Assembly (NCBI GenBank): GCA_965222075.1
Contig: OZ244937.1
Location: 3,392,001 to 3,456,000 of the forward strand
DNA: 64,000 nt
Source of the DNA: Candidatus Latescibacterota bacterium
GTDB taxonomy: Bacteria; Latescibacterota; UBA2968; GCA-2709665
Direction: 5' to 3'
The position numbers and the translations under genes are program-made. Shown piece after piece: positions 37,688 through 48,074 of this stretch; position 1 is the first letter of the stretch, and the number at the start of each line of letters is the position of its first letter. A model generated the notes under the pieces. It had not been told where the DNA came from. It made no database searches and was given only the letters and a program-made list of their open reading frames with translations.

Positions 37688-39325
37688 CTACCACCCAATC
37701 GCATACCCATCCCGCCTCGGATCGGCGCCCCCCATAAAGGAACCCGTCTCCGGGTCTACCATTATGCCCTGCCCGCCGCCCACGCCGGGGGACCAGTCTC
37801 CCAGACGGTTGAACCGGTGCCCCATCTCCTCCAGCGCGGCCAGCACCTCCTGGGCAATCCGCGTCTCCACACACACTGTGTACCCCGGCGAAGTGGCCTT
37901 CACACGGGGCGCTTCAATTGCCGCCTGAACGTTCATATTGTGATCCAGCACATTCATAATCATCTGAGGCGTCGTCTGCAAAATACCGTAACTGCCCGGT
38001 GTGCCGATCAGCAGGCGCAACCCCTGGTCATCCCACACCTGGGCCGGCGACATGCACATCTCGATCTTCTTGGACGGCCCCACAGCGTTGGGACTCTGCG
38101 GCTCCAGATCGAACCACCGCATCATGTTGTTCAGCGCAATCCCCGTACCCGGCACAACCATGGCCGAACCGAACCCGCTGCCCAGGCTCTGGGTCACTGC
38201 AACCGCATTGCCATCCGCATCGGCCGTATCGAAGTGCGTCGTACACTCGGTCTGCATCCACGCGTATGGATCTCCGGCCAGCACCTCATCCGCCATCTTC
38301 GTCGCCGTGTAGACCTCACCCCCCGTAGGCCGTGCCCGTTCCCCGATTCGTTTGCGTCGCTCGCTTGCGTACTCCTTGGAGAGCAGGCCGGCCACAGGCG
38401 GAGCCTCGATTCCGGTGTACTCCGCCCGGTCCGCCGTCGCCAGTTTCGCCGCTTCGATAAACCGGTGCAGCGTCGCCGCCGTATTGTGACCCATCCCGCC
38501 CACATCGAACCCCTCCATCATATTGAGCATCTCCAGATACTGCACGGCCTGGCAGGGCGGGGGCGGCACAAAAACCCTGTACCCCCGGTAATCCACGTGG
38601 ACCGGATCGAGCCAGACCGGTTCAAATCCGCTTAAATCTTCGTGGGTGATCAACCCGCCGCTCTCCTCCATATACCGTACAATCCGATCTGCGATCTCCC
38701 CCCTGTAAAAAACATCCGGCCCGCCCTCAACAACCGCACAAAACGTGCGGGCGAGGTCCTGCTGAACCAGAACCTCGCCGGGCCTCGGCGCCCTGCCGTC
38801 AATCAAATAGGTCGCCGCCGAAGAGGGATACTTGCTCAGATCCGCCGCATTGGACCCGGTAAACAGGTGATTCTTAACGGTAAACGCAAACCCCTGCTCC
38901 GCGTACTCGATCGCCGGTGCAAAAACCGTCCCCACATCCATTGTCCCGTACCGGCGCAGCGCCTCCAGCCACCCCCCGCAGGCGCCGGGAACCAGGGGCG
39001 TAAGCGGCCCCCGGTCCCGCCTCTCCGGGCTGTCGTAGAGTGCAAGCTCTGCAGCCTTGGGCGAAAGCCCCATGTAGTCGAGCACCCTGTGCGCTTTCTC
39101 CCGCACGCTGTAAACATGCATGAACCCATCCCCACCAATGCCCGACATATAAGGCTCAACCACGTTCAGCGCAGCCGCAGTGGCCACGGCCGCATCGATC
39201 GCATTGCCCCCCTGCATCAGAATGCGCAAACCGGCAATCGACGCAAGTGGGTGGGCCGACGCAATCATCCCCCGGGTACCTGTGACCGTCGCGCGGTTGA
39301 CACTACCTGTAGCAGAAAAAGCCAT
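37688..39325 (-). CDS. ggt: gamma-glutamyltransferase
   Basis: GGNAIDAAVA, MSGIGGDGF, TTHF, TGIALNN, GGADPRRDG; true start MAFSATG at 39325. Confidence 0.93.
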   Translation of the reverse strand: MAFSATGSVNRATVTGTRGMIASAHPLASIAGLRILMQGGNAIDAAVATAAALNVVEPYMSGIGGDGFMHVYSVREKAHRVLDYMGLSPKAAELALYDSPERRDRGPLTPLVPGACGGWLEALRRYGTMDVGTVFAPAIEYAEQGFAFTVKNHLFTGSNAADLSKYPSSAATYLIDGRAPRPGEVLVQQDLARTFCAVVEGGPDVFYRGEIADRIVRYMEESGGLITHEDLSGFEPVWLDPVHVDYRGYRVFVPPPPCQAVQYLEMLNMMEGFDVGGMGHNTAATLHRFIEAAKLATADRAEYTGIEAPPVAGLLSKEYASERRKRIGERARPTGGEVYTATKMADEVLAGDPYAWMQTECTTHFDTADADGNAVAVTQSLGSGFGSAMVVPGTGIALNNMMRWFDLEPQSPNAVGPSKKIEMCMSPAQVWDDQGLRLLIGTPGSYGILQTTPQMIMNVLDHNMNVQAAIEAPRVKATSPGYTVCVETRIAQEVLAALEEMGHRFNRLGDWSPGVGGGQGIMVDPETGSFMGGADPRRDGYAIGW

Positions 39326-39339
39326 AGGACAACACTCCT

Positions 39340-39530
39340 TGGAAGGGGTGAAGGGGCTTTTCCGCGCAGATCCCTCCAGCACCATCGTCCAAAAACGCCC
39401 CAAAGGTCCGCTGGGCACAAACGCCCGCTTCCACCACAGGCGCAGTTCGCGGAAAAGCAGCCCCCGCGGCGTCTGAGCGGCGCCCTTCTTTTTCGGCCTT
39501 TTTCTTGGGCGAACAAGAAAAAGGCCAAAA
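39340..39530 (-). repeat. dispersed repeat family B, copy 2
   Basis: reverse-complement similarity to 13240-13455; empty at both micro-element sites. Confidence 0.8.
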
Positions 39531-39689
39531 GCAAAAGAACAATTGAACCCGGGTATCTGCTGAACGAACCTGGTCAAGAGAACCACTAAGAGACACGGTT
39601 GAAGACCCCTTGACATTCGCAACCCGCTTTCTTTCTTTTCAGCACCCGACGAAACGTATCAATCCATAACCCAACACCACGAGGCATCC

Positions 39690-40514
39690 ATGAAACTGGG
39701 CTACAGCACTTACGCCATGCAGCGCCTCGATATTTTTGAGGCCCTGCCCCGGATTCGGGCCATCGGCTACGATGCCATGGAGATCGCCGTGGGCGACGAC
39801 TGGCCCACGGCCCCCCACAAACTCGACGCGGCCGCCCGTCAGAAACTGGCGGACCTGCTGCAGGACCTGGGCTTCCCGCCGCCCGTCCTCTTCGGTCCCG
39901 TACCCACCTGTGCCCGGGGGGACGCGCGGCAGGCCATGCTCGGCCGGTTCGCCGGGATCTGCGCCCTGGCCCGGGACCTGAATTTCGGCGGCGAACCGGC
40001 CGTGGTCACCAGCACCCTGAGCGGCCGCCAACTCGACTGGGACGCCGACAAGCAGGCTGTTGCCGACGACCTCCTCGAACTGGCGGACCTGGCGGCCGGA
40101 GCCAGCGCCATCCTGGCAATCGAACCGCACGTGGGCGGTGCGTTCGACACCCCCGAGAAAGCCGCCTGGCTCATGCAGCAGACCGATCACTCCCACCTGA
40201 AGCTCAACTTCGACTACAGCCACTTCTTCGTCCAGGACATGGACCTGCAGCGCTGCGTTGACCTGTGCCTGCCCTGTGCCGCCCACATCCACATCAAGGA
40301 CGGAACCCTGGCCGGCAACCGGGTCAAATTCCTCCTGCCCGGCGAAGGCAAGTTAAATCTGACGACCTACATCAAAGCCTTAATCCAGGCCGGCCTCACG
40401 GTCCCCGTCACCGCCGAAGTCAGCGCCATGATATGGAGAGAGCCGGACTACGACCCCTGGGCCGCAGCGGAATTCTGTTACCGTGCCCTGAACCAGGCCC
40501 GCCGGGACGCCTGA
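39690..40514 (+). CDS. sugar phosphate isomerase/epimerase (xylose isomerase-like TIM barrel)
   Basis: GYDAMEI, AIEPH, LNFDYSHF, HIHIKD, PGEG. Confidence 0.92.
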   Translation: MKLGYSTYAMQRLDIFEALPRIRAIGYDAMEIAVGDDWPTAPHKLDAAARQKLADLLQDLGFPPPVLFGPVPTCARGDARQAMLGRFAGICALARDLNFGGEPAVVTSTLSGRQLDWDADKQAVADDLLELADLAAGASAILAIEPHVGGAFDTPEKAAWLMQQTDHSHLKLNFDYSHFFVQDMDLQRCVDLCLPCAAHIHIKDGTLAGNRVKFLLPGEGKLNLTTYIKALIQAGLTVPVTAEVSAMIWREPDYDPWAAAEFCYRALNQARRDA

Positions 40515-40617
40515 TGCATCTCAAAATACGTTGCGTTGACAGATCCACCGCCTTCGGGTCAAACGCTTCCACCACCGGGTACAGTTAGAAACCCAGGGAA
40601 ACCCATCTACCGAAAGG

Positions 40618-41688
40618 CTATTTTTCAAGAAGCTCCTCCAGCGCGAGAGAATCCGAATAGGCGAACAGCGCCGGAAGGCCTCCGGTATGAATGAAAAGGA
40701 CCTTTCGACCCGGATCGATTAAACCGCGTCGGACGTGATCGATCAGACCCGCCATCGCCTTCGACGTATACACCGGATCGAGCAGCAGCCCGTCGCTGCG
40801 CCCGACCAGCCGCATCGCCTCCTTCCCTTCATCCGTCACCACCGCGTAACCGGGCCCGACATAGTCGACCGTGCTGATGATCTCATCGGGGGTAAGCCGG
40901 GTCGGCAGCCCGAGAATCTCCGCACACTCGTTTCCGATGTGGGAGATGCACTCCGGAAAGGTCCAGCCCGGGGTGATCGGGTCGGGAAGCGCCGGAAGGC
41001 CGACCAGGCGAATGGGAGACTCAAGGTGTTTCAGCGCAATGGCAAGCCCGGCCTGGGTCGTGTCCGACGAGCAGACCCAGATCTCGTCGATCTTCAAATT
41101 CAGATCCTCCGCCTGTTCCACCATTTCCACAAACGCTTGCGCGTACCCGCAGGCGTAAAGCCCCAGCCTCGACTCGTCTCCAAGGCGGGCCACGTAAACC
41201 CGCTTCCCCTGCGCCTCCAGCTCCTTTCCCCGCTGCCGGATGCGCTTGCCCTGAACCGTCCAATCTTCCCCTTCGAAAACTTCTACCTGAGCGCCCACGA
41301 TGAGGTCCAGAAGAAAGTTCCCCTGGATCTCGTCGTCCCGCTTCCCCCGGACCTTCCGAAGGACCAGGTGGCACGCCAGCCCCAGCTTCGCACAGGACGC
41401 CGCGAGCTGCCGGCAAAAGTTGGACTGAACCGCAGCGCCGGCAACAACCGCATCCGCCCCACTTTCCACGGCCTCACCCAAAACATACTCGAACATCCGG
41501 GTCTTATTTCCACCTGCTGCCAGGCCGGTGAGATCGTCCCGTTTTACCCAGATCTCAGGCCCGCCCAGTTCGCGCGTCAAGCCTGGACAGGGCTCAAGAT
41601 CCGTAGGTAAGTTGGCCAGAGAAACCCGTGGAAGCGCATCCAGCGCCTCCTTCAACTCGGCCAGACGCCGTTCGCTTGCGTTTTTCAT
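40618..41688 (-). CDS. D-cysteine desulfhydrase / ACC deaminase family PLP enzyme
   Basis: KRDDLTGLAAGGNKTR, QSN, LLDPVYTSKAM, FIHTGG. Confidence 0.92.
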   Translation of the reverse strand: MKNASERRLAELKEALDALPRVSLANLPTDLEPCPGLTRELGGPEIWVKRDDLTGLAAGGNKTRMFEYVLGEAVESGADAVVAGAAVQSNFCRQLAASCAKLGLACHLVLRKVRGKRDDEIQGNFLLDLIVGAQVEVFEGEDWTVQGKRIRQRGKELEAQGKRVYVARLGDESRLGLYACGYAQAFVEMVEQAEDLNLKIDEIWVCSSDTTQAGLAIALKHLESPIRLVGLPALPDPITPGWTFPECISHIGNECAEILGLPTRLTPDEIISTVDYVGPGYAVVTDEGKEAMRLVGRSDGLLLDPVYTSKAMAGLIDHVRRGLIDPGRKVLFIHTGGLPALFAYSDSLALEELLEK

Positions 41689-41742
41689 GAAATACCCTTT
41701 CCACTTCTGGTGCCAATGTGAATTTCAGGTCTGCTATCTTCT

Positions 41743-42006
41743 TCACTTCCTGGACATCCCCCTGGTATAAACCTTCCCCTGAATCATCTTGTGAGCCGGA
41801 CAGCCTCCGATCAGTATCAACCTGGCAAACTTCTGTTCACACTGCGGGCATGTTAACCCCCCTCCGGTGCGATCCTCAACAATCCGCTCCACAAAACATT
41901 TGACCAGACCGCCCCGGCCCCCTTTACGATACTTGTAAAGAAGCGTCTTACACTTCGCGCAGTAAATCGAGATTGTCCGGCGGTCTATCTTCGCTTTCCT
42001 GGCCAT
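41743..42006 (-). CDS. small zinc-ribbon protein
   Basis: CAKC...YRKGGRGGLVKC...CPQC. Confidence 0.75.
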   Translation of the reverse strand: MARKAKIDRRTISIYCAKCKTLLYKYRKGGRGGLVKCFVERIVEDRTGGGLTCPQCEQKFARLILIGGCPAHKMIQGKVYTRGMSRK

Positions 42007-42074
42007 CGCCCACAGCTCCAACAGCCTGCATCAACCGAGCTGAGAAAGAATACGCTCCATGAGAAACAATATAC

Positions 42075-42245
42075 ACCCTCCGAAGTGGAAAAGGTAGCCA
42101 AAGATGAAGCGATCCTGAGTCCGGAGAGGCTGCTTCGAGCCGGTGCCCGCAAGATGCAGCAGGACGTCCCTGTGATACCTTCTCTGTTTCCTATCCAAAG
42201 AGGCTCTCACCCGCTGTCGAAACCATTTGACAGCGGGCTTTTTTA
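42075..42245 (+). ncRNA. unidentified structured RNA or leader followed by an intrinsic terminator
   Basis: nested complementary segments (GAAAAGGTA/TACCTTCTC, TCCTG/CAGGA, CCGG..GGCT/AGCCGG), then a terminator. Confidence 0.35.
42210..42245 (+). terminator. intrinsic terminator
   Basis: CCCGCTGTC...GACAGCGGG followed by CTTTTTT. Confidence 0.8.
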
Positions 42246-42325
42246 TGGCTTTTCTGTTAGGCGAGAGACAAAATCCCAGGGCAGGTTCCGCAACCGCCGG
42301 CATATGCGCACAGGAGAGGAAAACC

Positions 42326-43405
42326 GTGAAGAGAGAAGAAAAACGCACAGGGAATGGCCGGGGCTGGGATAACCGCAGCCAGGCGAAACCGGCGGCGGAA
42401 TATGAATTTCGCTACGGCTCCGGGCTGTTGAAGAAAGAGAGCGCCGGGTGGCCGCGCACCTTAGTGGTAACCACACCCAGCGCGTACAGGACCGCCCGCC
42501 CATACCTGTCCCGGGAACCGGCCGGCGTAGCCTGCGTACGGTGGCTGGACTGGGATCACCTGCACGAAACCAGCAAACAGCTGCCCGACGATGCGGGGCT
42601 GGTCATAGGCCTCGGCGGTGGACGCGCCGTGGACGCAGCCAAATTCGTGGCGCTCGAAAAAGGCCTGCCTCTGATCACAGTTCCGACGATCGCATCCACC
42701 GGTGCGATTATCCACGGCGTGTGTGCAAAATGGAAGGGCAGGGAGCCTGTACAGGATACTGACTGGCCGTGGGTCGATTGCGAGTATGTCCTGGTGGATT
42801 ACGACCTGGTGCTGGAAGCGCCTTATTATCTGAATACGGCCGGGCTGGGCGATATCCTCTGTGGGTACGCCGGGCTGGCGGAGTGGCGGTGGAGGGCCAG
42901 GAACGGCCAGGGACCTGCCTGTGACGAGGCGGCCATGGCCACGGTTATCGAACACCACGAAGCGTTCACCCGGAGGTTTGAGGAAACGCTCGACGGTGAG
43001 GGCAACCTGACGGCCGACAGCGTACATCACATGATGACATGCTTGCAGGAGCGGGACGGCAGGGCGCTCCGGCACCCGGGCATGAGGAGCGGGGACCATC
43101 ATTTCTTGATCGCCCTGGAGTTTGTGAATAACAGGAGCTGGGTTCACGGTGAGCTTGTTGCCTTAGGCGCGCTCACTATCGCCTGGCTGTGCGATGCGCA
43201 GCCGGAAGACCTGATCGGAAGGCTGGAGAGGTGCAGGGTGCGGCGCCGGCCGACGGAGATGGAACTGGGCCGTGAGCAGCTGCGCAAAGGGCTGGCATTT
43301 GTGCCGGACTATATGGCGCAGCGGAACATCGACTCGATCCTGCGCCACGAGCCCGTTAAGGGCGCGCAGTTCGAGGCGCTCTGGGAATTTCTGGAAACCG
43401 GGTAA
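42326..43405 (+). CDS. glycerol / glycerol-1-phosphate dehydrogenase-like protein (dehydroquinate synthase-like fold)
   Basis: GLGGGRAVDAAK, PTIAST, AGLGD, SGDHH, HGELVALG; GTG start after AGGAGAGG. Confidence 0.88.
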   Translation: MKREEKRTGNGRGWDNRSQAKPAAEYEFRYGSGLLKKESAGWPRTLVVTTPSAYRTARPYLSREPAGVACVRWLDWDHLHETSKQLPDDAGLVIGLGGGRAVDAAKFVALEKGLPLITVPTIASTGAIIHGVCAKWKGREPVQDTDWPWVDCEYVLVDYDLVLEAPYYLNTAGLGDILCGYAGLAEWRWRARNGQGPACDEAAMATVIEHHEAFTRRFEETLDGEGNLTADSVHHMMTCLQERDGRALRHPGMRSGDHHFLIALEFVNNRSWVHGELVALGALTIAWLCDAQPEDLIGRLERCRVRRRPTEMELGREQLRKGLAFVPDYMAQRNIDSILRHEPVKGAQFEALWEFLETG

Positions 43406-43462
43406 CGCGTGGACACGGTCTGAAATTCCACCTCTCATTACGAACCGAAAGGAGTCAGCAGG

Positions 43463-46438
43463 ATGCCGAACAGAAAAAAGCGCAGCCGATTCGTTAGCGC
43501 CGGGATGCGGGCCAATGCGCTGGCGAATGCGGAGAAACACGAGTGGGTGCGGCAGCAGCAGGAACGCGCGGTCGCAGCGGCCGAGGCGTGGGTGAGCCGC
43601 ACGGATAATACGCTGTGGACAATGGTTACCGCGCAAGAGCTGCCCCGGACGACTTACACGAATGAAGGCGTGGTTTACAGGGGCCAGAAGCCTTACTGCC
43701 CCGGCTGCGGGGAGGCGGCGCCGGCGAAATCGGGGCGAGAATGGTGGGATTTTGACCAGGACAGGCCGTGGAAGGTTCAGTGCGAACACTGCGATGAGAT
43801 CTATCCCAAGAATGACTTCGAAGCATTCTACAAGACGGCTCTGGATGCGCACGGTATGTTCCAACGGAAGTTGGGCGACCGATCGCTGCTGTTTAATGCG
43901 GACCATCCCGATCCCACCGATCCGCTGCACAAGCTCTACGTTGACGACGGCTATGGGATGTTCGACGAGAAGGGAAACCGGCACGACATCATCGCATACT
44001 ACAATTTTGAAGCGGTGTGGCGGCGGGTCCAGTCGGGCGTAGCCGCGCTGGCCGAAGCGTATGCGCTCACCAGCGATAAGCGCTATGCCCACAAGGCAGG
44101 TGTGCTGCTGGACCGGATCGCCGATGTCTACCCCGAGATGGACTACCTGCCTTTGCACGAATTGGGCTTTCAGCACAGCCAGGGCGGCTCGGGGAGGGGA
44201 CGCATCGAGGGGTGCATCTGGGAGACGTTTGTGGCCCAGCGCCTGGCCCGGAGCTACGATGTGATCTTCGACGGGCTCCAGGGCGACGGTGAACTGGTGA
44301 CGTTCTGCTCGGATCAGGCAGAGCAATACGACCTGGGCGACAAGGGCAGTATTGCCGCGATCTGCGAGCATATTCGCGATCACCTGCTGCTGGAGGCGCT
44401 GGCGTCGGTGAAAGACGGCCGGATTAACGGCAACACGGGTATGAACCACACTTCGCTGGCTACCTCGGCGATCGCGTTGGACGATCCCGAGTTGACGCCG
44501 CAGTGGCTGGACTGGTTGTTCCACCCCGATTTTCCCGGCGACCACTCGAACCGGAAAGACCCGGTGCCGTGGGTGCTGACCGAGGGCCTCGACCGGGATG
44601 GCATGGGCAGCGAGTGCGGAGGTTACGGCCTCATCTGGACGCGCCACATGCAAGACCTGGTCGAAATTCTGGCCGTCTATCCCGAGTATGTGAAACACAA
44701 CCTGGTTGCCGATTACCCGAAGCTCAAACAGGCATTTCTTGTGGAGTCCCGGCTGAATGTGCTGGATGGGATGATGCCCAACACAGGCGACAGCGGCGCG
44801 GTCGGCGCCTGGGGAAGACAGGGCAGTGCTGCGACCTACCTCCTGGCGTATAAGCTGTACCGGGACCCGCGTTTTGCCACCCTGGCGTGGTTCGAGCACG
44901 AGGCCCACGGGTCGTCCCTGCGCCTCGACGACGACATCTACCAGGAGGATCCGGACGCGCTGATCCGTGAGGTGCGGGAGATCGCTCAGGACGAGCCGTC
45001 CAAACTGAAGAGCGAGCACTTTGGCCGGTACGGGCAGGCGTACCTCCAGACTGGAAATCCCGAGAATGGCCGCGCCGTGTTCATCCACTACGGGCAGGAC
45101 AAAGGGCACTCGCACCACGATTGTCTCAACCTGGGATTGCTGGCGAAAAATGTGGCCATGATTCCGGATCTGGGCTACCCGGAGTACACCGGAACCTGGC
45201 CGAAGCGGCATGCCTGGACGGCCAACACGATCAGTCACAATACACTGGGGGTGGGCGATACCGGATCGGGATACAGCCCGGGCGGACAGATTGAGTTTTT
45301 CGCGGTTGAAACGCCCCTGCGCGTGATGCAGGTGGATGCGCCCAACGCTTATGAAGGTATGCGGACCTACCGGCGCACGGTTGCGCTGGTGGACGTGGGC
45401 GAGGACGACAGCTACGTTTTCGATCTGTTCCGGGGGCGGGGTGGGAGCAACCACCGCCTTTCCTGGCACGGGGCGGCAGAAGCGGCACAGGTTGCGGGCC
45501 TTGAGCCGGTCAGACAGGAGAGCGGCACGTTCGCCGGTCCGGATGTGCCGTTCGCCAGGCTCGACGGCGAGGATGCCGACTTCTACAAACGGAGCGGTTT
45601 CACCTACCTCTATGACGTGGAGCGCTCCACCGGTCCTGTGGAGACGCCCTACACCGTCGACTGGAAGATCGAAGATATCCAGGACCGCATCCGGGAAGGC
45701 CACGAACCGCATCTGTGCCTGCACGCGCTAACGTCCTGCGATGAGGTCGCGCTGGCCACGGGGGATTCGCCGCGCAGGCTGCAGCGGCCCAGATATCTCA
45801 TCCAGAGCCGGCTGGGCGAGGATGTGCAGAGCCAGTTTGTCAACGTGCTTGAACCCTATGACACCAGGCCGTTCATCAATCAGGTTCGCCGACTGAGGGT
45901 GGAGCACAACGGGGATGCCGATGCGGCCGCCGCCGTGGCCGTGGAGTTGGCCGATGGTCGCATGGATATCCTGATCAGCTGCGAGGAGACGACAGAGGGT
46001 ACGGTCGAAGGCGGGATCACATTCAACGGTACCTTCTGCATGATTCGCCTGGTTGACGATGAGGTGAAGCTGATGCGGTTGATCGGTGGCACGTTGCTCG
46101 CCTGTGGGGATGCGAAGCTGACGGCAGACCGGGCCGCCTGGCGCGGGAAGGTATCGCGAATTGACGCTTCCGACGCCGGGAACAACCAGGTCTTCCTCGA
46201 TCCCCCGCTGCCGCAGGATGACGACCTCGCTGGCCGCACGATCCATTTCATCAACGGTTTGCCGATGGATACGAGTTACAAGATCAGGGCGGTCACGGCC
46301 GAGGGCATCTCCACGGGCGACATTACGATTGTGAGAGGGCTGAAGGAAGGCACCGACCTCGCCAGTGGACACACGTACCTGGTCAATCCTGGAGATGAAT
46401 ACGTCGTGCCAGTGATCGCCAGGAGCGGAGATGCGTGA
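43463..46438 (+). CDS. heparinase II/III family protein with N-terminal CxxC pair
   Basis: GHSHHDCLNL, PDLGYP, WTANTISHNT; CPGC and CEHC near the N-terminus. Confidence 0.88.
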   Translation: MPNRKKRSRFVSAGMRANALANAEKHEWVRQQQERAVAAAEAWVSRTDNTLWTMVTAQELPRTTYTNEGVVYRGQKPYCPGCGEAAPAKSGREWWDFDQDRPWKVQCEHCDEIYPKNDFEAFYKTALDAHGMFQRKLGDRSLLFNADHPDPTDPLHKLYVDDGYGMFDEKGNRHDIIAYYNFEAVWRRVQSGVAALAEAYALTSDKRYAHKAGVLLDRIADVYPEMDYLPLHELGFQHSQGGSGRGRIEGCIWETFVAQRLARSYDVIFDGLQGDGELVTFCSDQAEQYDLGDKGSIAAICEHIRDHLLLEALASVKDGRINGNTGMNHTSLATSAIALDDPELTPQWLDWLFHPDFPGDHSNRKDPVPWVLTEGLDRDGMGSECGGYGLIWTRHMQDLVEILAVYPEYVKHNLVADYPKLKQAFLVESRLNVLDGMMPNTGDSGAVGAWGRQGSAATYLLAYKLYRDPRFATLAWFEHEAHGSSLRLDDDIYQEDPDALIREVREIAQDEPSKLKSEHFGRYGQAYLQTGNPENGRAVFIHYGQDKGHSHHDCLNLGLLAKNVAMIPDLGYPEYTGTWPKRHAWTANTISHNTLGVGDTGSGYSPGGQIEFFAVETPLRVMQVDAPNAYEGMRTYRRTVALVDVGEDDSYVFDLFRGRGGSNHRLSWHGAAEAAQVAGLEPVRQESGTFAGPDVPFARLDGEDADFYKRSGFTYLYDVERSTGPVETPYTVDWKIEDIQDRIREGHEPHLCLHALTSCDEVALATGDSPRRLQRPRYLIQSRLGEDVQSQFVNVLEPYDTRPFINQVRRLRVEHNGDADAAAAVAVELADGRMDILISCEETTEGTVEGGITFNGTFCMIRLVDDEVKLMRLIGGTLLACGDAKLTADRAAWRGKVSRIDASDAGNNQVFLDPPLPQDDDLAGRTIHFINGLPMDTSYKIRAVTAEGISTGDITIVRGLKEGTDLASGHTYLVNPGDEYVVPVIARSGDA

Positions 46439-46540
46439 GACAATCGAGCCGAAAGGGTGGAGGGATGCCGATCTGAAAGACGCTCAGACCGTGTTGAAAG
46501 ATGGGATCATCTTGCCGGATTACGATTGGAGGTCTGGAGC

Positions 46541-48007
46541 ATGGTAGCTTTTGACAAGCACCGCAAGCGACGCATGATCTGCAACGATGACGGGGATCAG
46601 CAGAGGTCCGCCAGCGACCGCGCCTTCGGGTACAACGTCCACGACGAGCAGTCATTCCTCGACGCGCGTACGACGGTTACGTTCGATTCGCACGTGGACA
46701 CGTACGTGTGGTGCGTGGGAAACGGCGCGGACCCGCCTTATGGTGACGCTTCACTCGTTCCAGGTGTGAAGTCGGCTTCCCACGCCAACGACATGGTCGT
46801 GGAAAAGTGCCACGCCTGCGGAATGGAGGTATGGGCGTCACTGCGCATGAACGACATCCACGACTCGCGGGCCAAAGGTCTGGAGCACGTCCACGATGAC
46901 CTGAAGCGGCAGCACCCGGAACTGCTCGTTGCGCCGGAGGAGAACCGCCACCTGCCGGTCGAACTGGCCGAGCGCAGCCAGTGGACGGTCTTCAACTACG
47001 CCCGGCCCGAAGTGCGGCAGCACCGGCTCAACTTTATCCGGCACAACGCCTCCGCCCACGATTTCGACGGCTACGAACTGGACTTCACCCGCCACGGGTT
47101 CTACTTTCCACTGGGCCAGGAGCGCGAGTTGGCCCCGAAGATGACCGACCTGATCCGGCAGGTGCGGGCACTCCTGAACGACATAGGCGAAAAGCGAGGA
47201 CGGCCCTTCACCTTTGTTGTGCACGTCAACGACTCGGTCGAATCCTCGCTCGGCCAGGGTCACGACGTCGTAACGTGGTTGAAGGAGGGCCTGATTGACG
47301 TGTTGATCGTCGGGGCAGGGTATCTCCCTTATGGGGTGCCCTGCCATGAATGGGTGTCACTGGGCAAACACTACGGCGTGCCGATCTATCCGTCCGTGAA
47401 CACCAATACGTATCTCCCCTTGTGCCGAGACCTGCTCAAGCGGCCGCTGGCTTTCCCGGAAGCGGTCCGCGCCCATGCCGCGCACTACTGGCACCAGGGG
47501 TTTGAGGGCCAGTACCTGTTCAACCTCTTCTGCATGGATGAGAAGGAACGGGCGGGGTCTCCGGAGATCGCCTACCAGGTGCTCAACCAGATCGGCGACC
47601 CGGCGGCGCTGGTGGGCACCAGCAAGATCTACTGCATCCAGGGCGCGCAGGACTCAGGCGGCAATGCCCGGTTCGGCTCCGGCCCGACCCCCCTGCCCAT
47701 CGCCCTGGTTGGACAGGAGCACAAGCTGCCGCTCCAGCTCGGCCCCGACGGCGGCGATCCGAATGCAAAGATCACGATCACCGCCCTGGCCAACGGCGAC
47801 GCAACGGACCGCCGTGTGTGGCTTCGGTTGAACCATCGCCTGCTGCCCGCACCGACGCGCACCGACCTGGGCTTCGTCGTCCAGGCACCGGCGGGATTTG
47901 CCCGACCCGGTCAGAATGAACTGTCCATCTGGGCCAGCGACAACACCGCGTTGTCGGATCGACCCATTGTCGTTTATCAGGTTGTTGCGCATGTGGAATA
48001 CGAGTGA
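46541..48007 (+). CDS. glycoside hydrolase-like TIM barrel protein (GHL10-like)
   Basis: ICNDDG, SLRMNDIH, NYARPEVR, FDGYELDFTR, YLFN. Confidence 0.82.
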   Translation: MVAFDKHRKRRMICNDDGDQQRSASDRAFGYNVHDEQSFLDARTTVTFDSHVDTYVWCVGNGADPPYGDASLVPGVKSASHANDMVVEKCHACGMEVWASLRMNDIHDSRAKGLEHVHDDLKRQHPELLVAPEENRHLPVELAERSQWTVFNYARPEVRQHRLNFIRHNASAHDFDGYELDFTRHGFYFPLGQERELAPKMTDLIRQVRALLNDIGEKRGRPFTFVVHVNDSVESSLGQGHDVVTWLKEGLIDVLIVGAGYLPYGVPCHEWVSLGKHYGVPIYPSVNTNTYLPLCRDLLKRPLAFPEAVRAHAAHYWHQGFEGQYLFNLFCMDEKERAGSPEIAYQVLNQIGDPAALVGTSKIYCIQGAQDSGGNARFGSGPTPLPIALVGQEHKLPLQLGPDGGDPNAKITITALANGDATDRRVWLRLNHRLLPAPTRTDLGFVVQAPAGFARPGQNELSIWASDNTALSDRPIVVYQVVAHVEYE

Positions 48008-48074
48008 TGAATAGGCCTGCTTTTCAACTGGAAGTGGTCGATGATCGATTTCTGCAGGAAAGGAGGTCGAGACG

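Noticed and set aside
36581-38635. 684-aa + strand ORF
   Set aside because: Antisense shadow of ggt and the SHMT-like gene; no recognisable motifs
39326-39622. N-terminal extension of ggt in the ORF track
   Set aside because: It is translated repeat family B; the RBS-supported start is 39325
43163-45724. 853-aa - strand ORF (and the 686-aa ORF at 48399-50459)
   Set aside because: Antisense shadows of well-supported + strand genes, expected at high GC
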